This document shows, in pieces, positions 23,249 to 32,039 of a stretch of DNA of 64,000 nt (its first letter is position 1; each line of letters starts with the position of its first letter). Position numbers and translations under genes: made by a program. Location of the stretch: contig OY775910.1 of assembly GCA_963675245.1 (NCBI GenBank), positions 608,001 to 672,000 on the forward strand, read 5' to 3'. Origin of the DNA: Acholeplasmataceae bacterium. Lineage in GTDB: Bacteria > Bacillota_I > Bacilli_A > Acholeplasmatales > Acholeplasmataceae. Under the pieces are notes generated by a model. It ran no database searches and was not told where the DNA came from. It worked only from the letters and a program-made list of their open reading frames with translations.

Positions 23249-25324
23249 CTATTTTTTAATTTTTTTGATGGCTGGATGACTTTCGAGTATTTGTTTGATA
23301 CCATGTGGCATAGCAAAAGCAATCGTCGCTACATCTTCTTCGACTTTGATGACAACACCTTTTCCAAAAACTTGATGTTCAACGTGGTCTCCCATTTTAA
23401 GTATGTGGCTGCCATTATCAAAAATAATTGGTTTTTCTTTCGGTTGATCAAGTCTTGATTCATCAATGAATCTTGATGGATAACCTAGTCTTTTCTGTCC
23501 ATACACTAATCTTTGATTAGCGTGTGTCATATAAATTTTTTCTTTCGCACGCGTGATGCCTACGTACGCGACGCGACGCTCTTCCTCCAGATCAACTGCA
23601 CTATATTTTGCATTGTCATTTGGAAATATACCTTCTTCCATAACAACCATAAATACGACCTTAAACTCTAGTCCTTTGACTTGATGATACGTGGATAACT
23701 TAACGTGGTTTTCTTCTGTGACATCTTGATCAAGATCCGAATATAATGCAATCTGATCAAGTTGTTGTTGAAGTTTTTCATAAAAATTACCTTCATAATA
23801 TAAATCTCCGCGCACAAATACAGATTGTAATTCTTTAAGATTATCAATACGATTATCGGCGATTTCACTATCTTCAGCTTTCAGCATAGCGACATAGCCC
23901 GTTCTTTCCATCACATACGCCATGATTTGCGATAACTCTGTCATCCCAAAAAATGCTTCGCTAATATCTTCGATCATTTTCTTGAAATCGCTTAATCCCG
24001 TCATAGCTGCTGGTGAAAGTGACATATAATTAATCGCGTCAAACATTGAAATACCTAGTTCTCTCGCTTTATCAACTAATCGTTGCACTGTGACTTGTCC
24101 AATGCCTCTTTTAGGTACGTTAATGATTCTTTTTAGATAAAAATCTTGGTTATGATCAAGGGCTACTCTGATAAATGCGAGCGCATCTTTGATTTCTCTT
24201 CTTTCGTAGAAAGAGATACCACCATAAATAATATATGGCATATTTTCTTTCATCATCGTATCTTCAAAGAGTCTTGAAAGAGCATTGTTTCTGTATAAAA
24301 CAACAATGTCATCATATCGATATCCTTGTCGTACGAGACTATTAATTTCATTAATTACATAAAACGTTTCACGATAATCATTTGGTGCAACATAGTATGT
24401 AATATCTAAACCTGTTCCTAAATCACTTTCCAAATTTTTAGCACTCGGTCTATTAAAGTTGTATGAAATAAGTTTATTTGCTGATTGTAATATCTTAGTT
24501 GTGGATCTATAATTTTTATCTAAAATGACTTTTTCTGCATGAAAATCGCGAATAAACAATTCACTGTTCATGTAGTTCGCTCCTCTGAAACTATAAATAC
24601 TTTGATCGGGATCACCAACAACGAAAATATTTCTGTGTTTAGCACCTAAAATTTTTAATAGTTTATATTGAACGATATCTGTATCTTGAAACTCGTCTAC
24701 TAAAATATGTTCAAAATCTGTTTGGTATCTATCTCTTAAATGTGGATACTCAGTAAATAACTCAAGTGGGTACAGCAATAAGTCATCGAAATCAACTAAT
24801 TGATTGTCATACAAATATTGTTGATATTTCTTATAGATTTTTTCTTCATTTGTTTGATCAAATTTAGGTAATCTTTTCGTCTTGAATAGTGCAATTAGAT
24901 TCTTTAAGTTTTTAATCGAGAATTGTCTGACATCTAACCCAAGTTCCTTGATCGCATCACTGATAATTTTTCTACCGTCTTCTTCATCAATGACATTGAA
25001 TGTCACTTTATACCCATAGGGTAACTCAGCAATATGTCTTCTGAGAATTTGCAAACCAAACGCGTGAAATGTATATAACCACACATCAATCGCGTGTGGA
25101 CCAGTCATGTCGATGACTCGCTCCTTCATTTCACGTGCTGCTTTATTGGTAAACGTCACGGCTAATATGCGCTTCGCTTCAACACCGTTCATGATAAGAT
25201 AAGCAATCCTAGCTGTGAGTGTTCTTGTTTTTCCTGTTCCGGCACCAGCAACAACAAAAAGCGGCCCACCTGGGTGGACGACCGCTTTCAATTGCGATTC
25301 ATTTAGTGTCGCTAGCCAATTCAT
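23249..25324 (-). CDS. pcrA: ATP-dependent helicase PcrA/UvrD
   Basis: All SF1A motifs, full 2B domain, C-terminal Tudor-like GDHVEHQVFGKG. Confidence 0.93.
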   Translation of the reverse strand: MNWLATLNESQLKAVVHPGGPLFVVAGAGTGKTRTLTARIAYLIMNGVEAKRILAVTFTNKAAREMKERVIDMTGPHAIDVWLYTFHAFGLQILRRHIAELPYGYKVTFNVIDEEDGRKIISDAIKELGLDVRQFSIKNLKNLIALFKTKRLPKFDQTNEEKIYKKYQQYLYDNQLVDFDDLLLYPLELFTEYPHLRDRYQTDFEHILVDEFQDTDIVQYKLLKILGAKHRNIFVVGDPDQSIYSFRGANYMNSELFIRDFHAEKVILDKNYRSTTKILQSANKLISYNFNRPSAKNLESDLGTGLDITYYVAPNDYRETFYVINEINSLVRQGYRYDDIVVLYRNNALSRLFEDTMMKENMPYIIYGGISFYERREIKDALAFIRVALDHNQDFYLKRIINVPKRGIGQVTVQRLVDKARELGISMFDAINYMSLSPAAMTGLSDFKKMIEDISEAFFGMTELSQIMAYVMERTGYVAMLKAEDSEIADNRIDNLKELQSVFVRGDLYYEGNFYEKLQQQLDQIALYSDLDQDVTEENHVKLSTYHQVKGLEFKVVFMVVMEEGIFPNDNAKYSAVDLEEERRVAYVGITRAKEKIYMTHANQRLVYGQKRLGYPSRFIDESRLDQPKEKPIIFDNGSHILKMGDHVEHQVFGKGVVIKVEEDVATIAFAMPHGIKQILESHPAIKKIKK

Positions 25325-25339
25325 GGCATCCCAACTCTC

Positions 25340-26974
25340 TTATTTTTGATAACTGCTCTTTAGTGGCACAGTTTCATTAAACACAAGACTACCTTGTGTT
25401 GTATCATCGTCAGTTGTGAAATATCCAATTCTCATAAACTGATATTTATCTTGAATCTTTGTGTCTTTTAATGCTGCTTCAACAAACCCATGTTTAATTT
25501 CTAAAGAATCTTCATTAAATCGATCCATTAATTCGCTTGATTCATCTTCTGATAACATTGGTTGATAAATATTAAATTGAGCTGGTACCCCTTGGGTAGC
25601 CTCTACGAAATGGATAGTCCCATTAGGTTTACGCGCATCAAAGCCTGATCCACTTCTTGTTTCTGGATCGTAGGTTGCTAACACTTCGATAATGTCACCA
25701 TCGCTGTTATACTTAACATCGACAGCTTTGATAAAATAAGCATAAAATAATCTTACTTCGCCACCTAAATAAAGTCTTTTGAACTTTTTGTTAGGTTTTT
25801 CTAATGCGAAATCATCTTTTTCAATGTAAATATGTTTTGAAAATGGTATATCTCTACTGCCAAATTCTGGATGTTCTTTGTGATACTCTTCATTGAAATA
25901 TTCAATTTTTCCATCAGGGTAATTTGTAATAGTGACCTTTAACGGATTAATCACGGCCATCACTCTGTTAGCTTTATCTGATAAATCGTTTCTAACAGCT
26001 GCTTCAAGCATATCTGCGCCAACTGTAGAATTTACTTTTGATAGTCCTGTGGATAAAATAAATGTTTTAATGGCATCAGGTGTGTAACCGCGACGACGCA
26101 TACCTGATAACGTAGGCATTCTTGGATCATCCCAACCTTTGACCTTCCCTTGTTCCACAAGAGCACGTAAAAATCTTTTTGATAAAACTGTATTTTCGAT
26201 ATTTAATCTGCCAAACTCGATTTGTCTTGGTTGAGCAGGCATATCTGTTTCTCTTACGAACCAATCGTAAAGTGGTCTATGATCTTCAAATTCAAGTGAA
26301 CATAATGAGTGTGTAATGTATTCAACTGCATCTTCTAATGGATGTGCAAAATCATACATTGGGTAAATTACCCACTTGTTACCAGTTCTGTGGTGCTCAG
26401 CATGTACAATACGATAAACAACAGGATCTCTCATGTTCATGTTGGGTGAAGCCATATCAATCTTGGCACGTAAAACACATTCACCTTCAGCAAATTCACC
26501 ATTTTTCATTTTGTCGAATAATGCTAAATTTTCTTCAATGGATGTATCACGATAAGGTGAGTTCTGTCCCGGTGTTGTTACATCACCACGCGTATTAGAT
26601 ATCAATTCTGCTGATTGGAAATCAACATATGCTAATCCTTTTTTGATTAAAATGATGGCACGCTCATACATTTCTGTGAAATAGTCAGAAGCGAAAAGAA
26701 TATGTTTAGGATCATAACCCAACCATCTAATGTCTCTTTCGATTGATTTGACATACACATCATCTTCTTTTTCTGGATTTGTGTCATCATATCTCAAATT
26801 TGTATATCCACCAAAGTATTTTGCTAGTTCAAAATTAGTCACAACAGCTCGTGCATGACCAATATGTAAGAACCCATTGGGTTCTGGTGGAAAACGTGTT
26901 ATGATTTTGTCGTGTTTTTTAGATTCAAGATCATTTTCAATGATTGTCTTGATGAAATTTGATTGATTTTCCAT
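25340..26974 (-). CDS. glnS: Glutamine--tRNA ligase
   Basis: TRFPPEPNGFLHIGH, HSLCSLEF, VLSKR, GWDDPRMPTLSG. Confidence 0.96.
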   Translation of the reverse strand: MENQSNFIKTIIENDLESKKHDKIITRFPPEPNGFLHIGHARAVVTNFELAKYFGGYTNLRYDDTNPEKEDDVYVKSIERDIRWLGYDPKHILFASDYFTEMYERAIILIKKGLAYVDFQSAELISNTRGDVTTPGQNSPYRDTSIEENLALFDKMKNGEFAEGECVLRAKIDMASPNMNMRDPVVYRIVHAEHHRTGNKWVIYPMYDFAHPLEDAVEYITHSLCSLEFEDHRPLYDWFVRETDMPAQPRQIEFGRLNIENTVLSKRFLRALVEQGKVKGWDDPRMPTLSGMRRRGYTPDAIKTFILSTGLSKVNSTVGADMLEAAVRNDLSDKANRVMAVINPLKVTITNYPDGKIEYFNEEYHKEHPEFGSRDIPFSKHIYIEKDDFALEKPNKKFKRLYLGGEVRLFYAYFIKAVDVKYNSDGDIIEVLATYDPETRSGSGFDARKPNGTIHFVEATQGVPAQFNIYQPMLSEDESSELMDRFNEDSLEIKHGFVEAALKDTKIQDKYQFMRIGYFTTDDDTTQGSLVFNETVPLKSSYQK

Positions 26975-26995
26975 AATAACATGTAAGATTTAAAG

Positions 26996-27190
26996 TGTAT
27001 TAAGTTAGTTACTTAAGTCTTTAAATCTTTACTCCTTTCGTTCTAATTTAATATACTAATAATGTACTGTGGATCTGTGTCATATTTTTATAACCTAGAC
27101 TATTTTGAGGTGACGCTTACCACGGTCTTTATTTTAATCAGCAATAGTTAGTTAGCGGAAGACGCTTTTTACATGATTATGAGATAAAGA
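26996..27190 (+). ncRNA. Putative IS110 bridge RNA (boundaries approximate)
   Basis: Two stem-closed loops (ACTGTGG/CCACGGT; TCTTTAT..TAATC/GATTA..ATAAAGA) containing matches to the target flank and both IS ends. Confidence 0.8.
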
Positions 27191-27239
27191 CGCTGCTGGA
27201 CTTACCACACGTACAAATTTAATTCTTGGAGGTGTACTT

Positions 27240-28400
27240 ATGATCTATATCGGCATCGATATTTCAAAGTACAAGCATGACTGTTTCATCGCCACCGAAA
27301 CAGTTAGCCATCAGTTCTCATTTGAGAACAGTCAGTCTGGGTTTAAAGAACTATTAGGATACTTTAACTCTTTAGTCAAGCAAGAAATGATAATAGGCTT
27401 AGAGGCCACAGGTCATTATGGAGAAAACCTTAAGTCATTTCTTATCCTCCATGGATATTCATTCATGGAGATTAATCCTTTTCTCGTGAAGAAGTTTGGA
27501 GAAGCCCATTCACTGAGAAAAACAAAGACGGATAAGAAAGATGCACAAATGATTTCAACTTATATGAGATCTGTAGACTACAAAGCCTATCATCATCAAT
27601 CTTATCATATAAGTGCTTTAAAATCACTGACCAGGTTACGTTTTAAACTCATCTCAATTCGGACGAAACACTACAATATGATGACCAAGGTCTTAGATGT
27701 CATCTTTCCTGAATTCAAACCTTTTATGCAAGAACAAGGCTATAGTGATACATCTTTATACATCTTGAAGCGCTTTTCATCACCGGATAAAATAGCAAGG
27801 ATGACTGATGACCACTTCGATAAGCTTCGTAAACGATCGATGGGTAAATTCAATTATCCGAAGTTTGTTAAACTGAAGGAACTCGCAAAATCAACCATTG
27901 GTGTGACACAAGATCATCAACTATTCAAACTTAAGACTTCAATTTCTTATGTTGAGAAACTCAATCAAGATATCGAAGAAACTGAGAAACAGATCACTTC
28001 TTTAATGCATCGATATCCAACTAAGATTCAAACCATTAAAGGTATCGGAATCATTTCAGCAGCTGTCATCGTTTCAGAATATGGTGATATTTCACTTTTC
28101 TCCAATCCCGCTGAAATGTTATCCTATGCAGGTCTGGATTCAACCATCAGACAGTCTGGCACCATGTCTTCAACAGGTAAACTGGTTAAACGTGGCAGCA
28201 AGTACCTAAGAGCAACACTCATCAATATCTCAATGATGGTTATGATCTATAACCCCGTCTTCTACGACTACTACACCAAGAAGAAACAAGAGGGTAAACA
28301 TCATCGTGTCGCACTGGTTCATCTTTCAAAAAAACTCATTAGAGTCATTCATCATCTCGAAACACATCAGGAAGATTTTGATTCCTCTAAACTACAATAA
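27240..28400 (+). CDS. IS110-family transposase (DEDD RuvC-like plus Transposase_20)
   Basis: YIGIDISK, LEATGHY, KTDKKDA, YAGL....RQSG, KRGSKYLR; SD GGAGGTG. Confidence 0.96.
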   Translation: MIYIGIDISKYKHDCFIATETVSHQFSFENSQSGFKELLGYFNSLVKQEMIIGLEATGHYGENLKSFLILHGYSFMEINPFLVKKFGEAHSLRKTKTDKKDAQMISTYMRSVDYKAYHHQSYHISALKSLTRLRFKLISIRTKHYNMMTKVLDVIFPEFKPFMQEQGYSDTSLYILKRFSSPDKIARMTDDHFDKLRKRSMGKFNYPKFVKLKELAKSTIGVTQDHQLFKLKTSISYVEKLNQDIEETEKQITSLMHRYPTKIQTIKGIGIISAAVIVSEYGDISLFSNPAEMLSYAGLDSTIRQSGTMSSTGKLVKRGSKYLRATLINISMMVMIYNPVFYDYYTKKKQEGKHHRVALVHLSKKLIRVIHHLETHQEDFDSSKLQ

Positions 28401-28539
28401 TTGATTCCTTAAACTGTGGCGGTTAAGTCATAAAATCATCCAGTTATATGGCTAACCTCTAAAAATTATGGCTATTGGAGGTTTTTACAGTTTATCTACT
28501 AAAAGTACTTGACTTTTAATAGTTAGTCACCTCAAAGTT

Positions 28540-28548
28540 ATTGTATCA
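28540..28548 (-). promoter_or_regulatory. Probable native glnS promoter (extended -10), now separated from the gene by the IS
   Basis: Minus-strand TGA-TACAAT just upstream of the displaced SD GAGGTG. Confidence 0.55.
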
Positions 28549-28604
28549 TATTTTCGTTTGAAATTATGTTGCTATCATAAAGAAAAATACCCCGAAAGGA
28601 GTAT

Positions 28605-29540
28605 CTATTCTTCGTCGTTTATTTTAACATATTTTTTATTTTTAACAAACCGCTTTAGTGCAAAATCCACTGGATCAAGTCCCGTGTCTTTGACAATTCG
28701 TTCATAAAACATTTGTTTTTGTTCCGCCGTTCTATGCTCTAAATTCAGGATTGATTGAACTAAATGATGTTCAAATTGTTCTTGATCTCCTAAACGTTGA
28801 TGTGCTAATGCTTTGTAGTAGTGGAAATAGTCTAATAAGTAGTGCATATAATATGCTTCGCATTTTTCAATAGCGATGTTACACATTTCAACCACTTCTT
28901 CGTATTGCTCATTTCTTCCAAAGTTTTTAATCATCCAGAAATAAACGCGATATTCTGCAGTCACATTTCCACCCAAAGAGTGTCCCTTATCTCTCAAAAT
29001 ATCATACAATTTTTTTAGAATTGATTTCCTATCCTTATCGCTATATTCCATTAGAATTCCGAGCATGTATATTTCATCATCAGGGAAAGCTGATTTTTTC
29101 ATCACCCTTGGGTAATCAAGCATTTTATATATTTCGTTAATTAAATCTTCTTTTCTGATTCTTCCGGATTGTAAATCTAATATCAATTTAGAACTTCTAA
29201 ATAAATTCTCGTTAACTGTACTAATAAACACATGACTCTTCATCTTTTGATAATTTTCATACGCTTGAATGCCTTGATTAGAAGCAACCAAATTAAAAAA
29301 ACTTAAAGTGCTTTCGATTTCGTTAGCAAATTCATCGTCAAATTGATCAAGTAAACTAATAATCGAAATATTTAATTTTTCAGCAAATCTAGTAATTACT
29401 TCAAACGGGATTTCGCTTTCACCGCTACGATAGCGATAATATTGACGCTGTGATATAATACCGTCTAAGTAGTTCTCCTGGGAAATTTTTCGATCATATC
29501 TTAAATTTTCCATAAAATTTATTAATTTTAAGCTGTCCAT
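28605..29540 (-). CDS. Rgg/PlcR-like (RRNPP) HTH-TPR transcription regulator
   Basis: N-terminal XRE-type HTH (LRYDRKISQE...ISQRQYYRYRSGESEIP); C-terminal TPR-like helices (YEEVVEMCNIAIE...LLDYFHYYKALAHQRLGD); SD GAGGAG. Confidence 0.8.
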   Translation of the reverse strand: MDSLKLINFMENLRYDRKISQENYLDGIISQRQYYRYRSGESEIPFEVITRFAEKLNISIISLLDQFDDEFANEIESTLSFFNLVASNQGIQAYENYQKMKSHVFISTVNENLFRSSKLILDLQSGRIRKEDLINEIYKMLDYPRVMKKSAFPDDEIYMLGILMEYSDKDRKSILKKLYDILRDKGHSLGGNVTAEYRVYFWMIKNFGRNEQYEEVVEMCNIAIEKCEAYYMHYLLDYFHYYKALAHQRLGDQEQFEHHLVQSILNLEHRTAEQKQMFYERIVKDTGLDPVDFALKRFVKNKKYVKINDEE

Positions 29541-29626
29541 GGGGGCTTCTCCTCGAAAAGTATGACATATCCGCCGTAGTTTTATATTAAGATATATATT
29601 ATTATATAGTTAAGGAGGGGTGAGCT

Positions 29627-29788
29627 ATGAAAAAGTTTTTATCAATTATCTTTGTCATTATCTTACTCGTAAGTACAGTATTTGTGATTTCAAGAAATTC
29701 AAACGTTAATGTTGAACCTAAAAACGACATTACTGTTGATTTCGACGATCCCGATTTTCCGCCACCAGTTAATATTAGATTATATTAA
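29627..29788 (+). CDS. 53-aa secreted peptide missing from the ORF track, putative signalling pro-peptide
   Basis: SD AAGGAGG; MKKFLSIIFVIILLVSTVFVISRNSNVNVEPKNDITVDFDDPDFPPPVNIRLY*; divergent from the regulator. Confidence 0.8.
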   Translation: MKKFLSIIFVIILLVSTVFVISRNSNVNVEPKNDITVDFDDPDFPPPVNIRLY

Positions 29789-29889
29789 TTGCGGAAACTG
29801 TTTTAAAAACGACACTGATTGACAACAAATAAATTTAATATTTCCTAATACTTAATCTAAGATTTCTGCACATATTTTATGATTTTAGA

Positions 29890-30082
29890 TAAAGTGGAAT
29901 TCCCTAACACTGCTTTTACGCCTGTACAAGGTTCGATTCAATTTGTCGATCAAGGGTTTTTATGGGTGAGCCAACTTTTTCTGGTGCGCTCAGCTTATGG
30001 GATGAAGAACTCATCACTGCCAAAACTACACAACAATCCCCCTCTTATTAATAATTATTAAATAGGGAAGAAATCTTCCCAT
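29890..30082. ncRNA. Possible structured non-coding RNA, class unknown
   Basis: GC-enriched relative to AT-rich flanks, with several hairpins. Confidence 0.35.
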
Positions 30083-30150
30083 ATAATTATCTTACAACAA
30101 TTTAATCTTTTTTAAAAGGTTGTAAAACCACTTTCCTTATTTACATTGGT

Positions 30151-30186
30151 GAAACAGCGCACCCTCTTTTGAAGGTGCGCTGTTTC
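30151..30186 (-). terminator. Strong hairpin terminator
   Basis: GAAACAGCGCACC...GGTGCGCTGTTTC 13-bp inverted repeat. Confidence 0.75.
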
Positions 30187-30236
30187 GCGTATTTTTATTA
30201 AATTTTCTTTCTATATTATTAATATATATATTTATC

Positions 30237-31925
30237 TTAAGGAAGTAACCCTAAAATGTCATCAAGTGACATACCAGAATCAACGAGGTCTTGAGCAAGA
30301 TCAGAGAAGAGTTGTTCTTGTTCTTCATCTGGTAATTCATCAATAGAACTAATGACTGCTTCTACTGCTGCATCCAAGTCTTCCTGTGTCGCGTTTGGAT
30401 CACTTAAATCTGCTAATAAATCATCGATATTTGTTCCTACATCACCGTATGCAGATGCATCAAATGCATCTAAAACATCGGTAACTGTGTCTTGAATGTC
30501 ACTTAATAAATTAGCATCATCAAGTCCAACATATAATCTTAATCTACTATTCATCACACTTACATCTTCAAGTGACATGCCTGATTGTTGAAGTTCTTGG
30601 TCAAAGTTCTCAATAACGATTTGACCATCTTGAATTAAATCGTTATCACCTAACAAAGTCAATATATTTCCGATGTTATCTTCACCGATTGTTACTTCAC
30701 CAGCAGTTAATGAATTTAATGCAATCACTAAATTTGAGCCATCAATTGATGGGCTTGCATCAATCTTAATGATCGTTTTAAATTCTTTTGTATTATCATT
30801 TATATCATATAATGACAATGGTAAATTAACCGTAAGCTGATCGTCTAACATTGAAAGGTATGGGACACCTGCTTTCATTTCATATTGCTCAAACAATTCT
30901 GTTTTCAATAAATAATAGGTGCCTGGATTATCAATATCTTCTGTAAATGAAGATCTCATCATATATTCCATCATGCGATTAAGTGTTAATTCGCCAAATG
31001 AAATGTATGGGTCAGTATCTGTTGTTAATAAACTAACTAATAAAGATGATGCTTTAGACTCTAAGATATCTTGAAGTTCTTGATCTGAAGTTATTCTTTG
31101 ATTGCCAACTGTGAAAGGATCTGTGTCGTCATAAGCTCTACCTAATGCTAATGATGCACTAAATTCACCTTCAGTAAAGCCAACATCAAGCATATCGTTA
31201 GCTTCTAAAAATGATAATAATGAGTTGACTAAAGCAGATTGTTGTGGGTCAGTAATTTGCTCATCTACTAAATTTTGAATGTCGATATTAACTGATCTTG
31301 TAGCAACATCAAATTCCCCTAAACCACCCAACTGTTCATTAATCATTGCTGAAATATCTTGTTGAGCAATGGTTTTTACAAGCCAGTCTGCGACTGGAAA
31401 TGCCCATGCTAATCCTAAATTCCCGATTGTTAGTTTATCTAATGTCAATGTGACATTTTCTGTCGTGACATCCAATGTAAACCTTAACAAAAGTCTTGTT
31501 CGATATGTAATACCCGCAACAAACACGTGGGCACCAGCTTCAACTTCAACAATATCGTCTTGGAATCTCATCCACGCCCCTTGTAAACCATAATACTCAG
31601 TTTTTTGGACGTATTGATCATCATCTCCACCAGAACCATCTAAGTAATTAGGGTTCATATCTAGGAACACCATATTCTTAATCATGGTGTTAGCATCAGA
31701 CTGTTCTAAGCCAAGACTAATTTCTGAAGCACTATTTGTGTTTGTCAAAAATGAATCTAATTCAGTCGTTACCATTTCGGTCAGATTAGCTGGACCAGTT
31801 GTTGTGTAATCCTCTACTGGAATGTCAACACTCTTATACATGAGCGCTAAAATGGTAACCGGAATAGCAAGAATAACTAATATTGGTAAGATAAATACTT
31901 TAAAAATAAACTTCATATGTCTCAC
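30237..31925 (-). CDS. Membrane-anchored acidic hypothetical protein
   Basis: N-terminal TM, 562 aa, no recognised catalytic motif. Confidence 0.7.
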   Translation of the reverse strand: MRHMKFIFKVFILPILVILAIPVTILALMYKSVDIPVEDYTTTGPANLTEMVTTELDSFLTNTNSASEISLGLEQSDANTMIKNMVFLDMNPNYLDGSGGDDDQYVQKTEYYGLQGAWMRFQDDIVEVEAGAHVFVAGITYRTRLLLRFTLDVTTENVTLTLDKLTIGNLGLAWAFPVADWLVKTIAQQDISAMINEQLGGLGEFDVATRSVNIDIQNLVDEQITDPQQSALVNSLLSFLEANDMLDVGFTEGEFSASLALGRAYDDTDPFTVGNQRITSDQELQDILESKASSLLVSLLTTDTDPYISFGELTLNRMMEYMMRSSFTEDIDNPGTYYLLKTELFEQYEMKAGVPYLSMLDDQLTVNLPLSLYDINDNTKEFKTIIKIDASPSIDGSNLVIALNSLTAGEVTIGEDNIGNILTLLGDNDLIQDGQIVIENFDQELQQSGMSLEDVSVMNSRLRLYVGLDDANLLSDIQDTVTDVLDAFDASAYGDVGTNIDDLLADLSDPNATQEDLDAAVEAVISSIDELPDEEQEQLFSDLAQDLVDSGMSLDDILGLLP

Positions 31926-32039
31926 TCCCTTATGCGTATATAATATAATTTTTTAGTGAAAACCACAATAGATATACGCTATTCTTTTAAACATCATTAA
32001 AAAAGGGTATTGCGCTTAACCAAGCACTATACCCTATTT

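Larger units (their letters stand above)
26977..28525 (+). mobile_element. IS110-family insertion sequence, with a TA core at both junctions
   Basis: Transposase plus long non-coding left end; removing it restores GAGGTGACTATT-ATG for glnS; no terminal inverted repeats. Confidence 0.85.

Noticed and set aside
26974..28521. TAATA 5-bp direct repeat as a classical target-site duplication
   Set aside because: IS110 elements do not normally make TSDs; this boundary gives a 12-nt promoter spacer and conflicts with the donor-guide match AATAGTTA
29893..30042. tmRNA/tRNA-like hints (minus-strand GGGGAT start; plus-strand GGTTCGATTC)
   Set aside because: The two hints are on opposite strands, the segment is too short for tmRNA, and there is no cloverleaf or CCA acceptor end
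29879..30061. 60-aa ORF MILDKVEFP...
   Set aside because: No SD and no protein-like features; the hairpins suggest RNA structure instead
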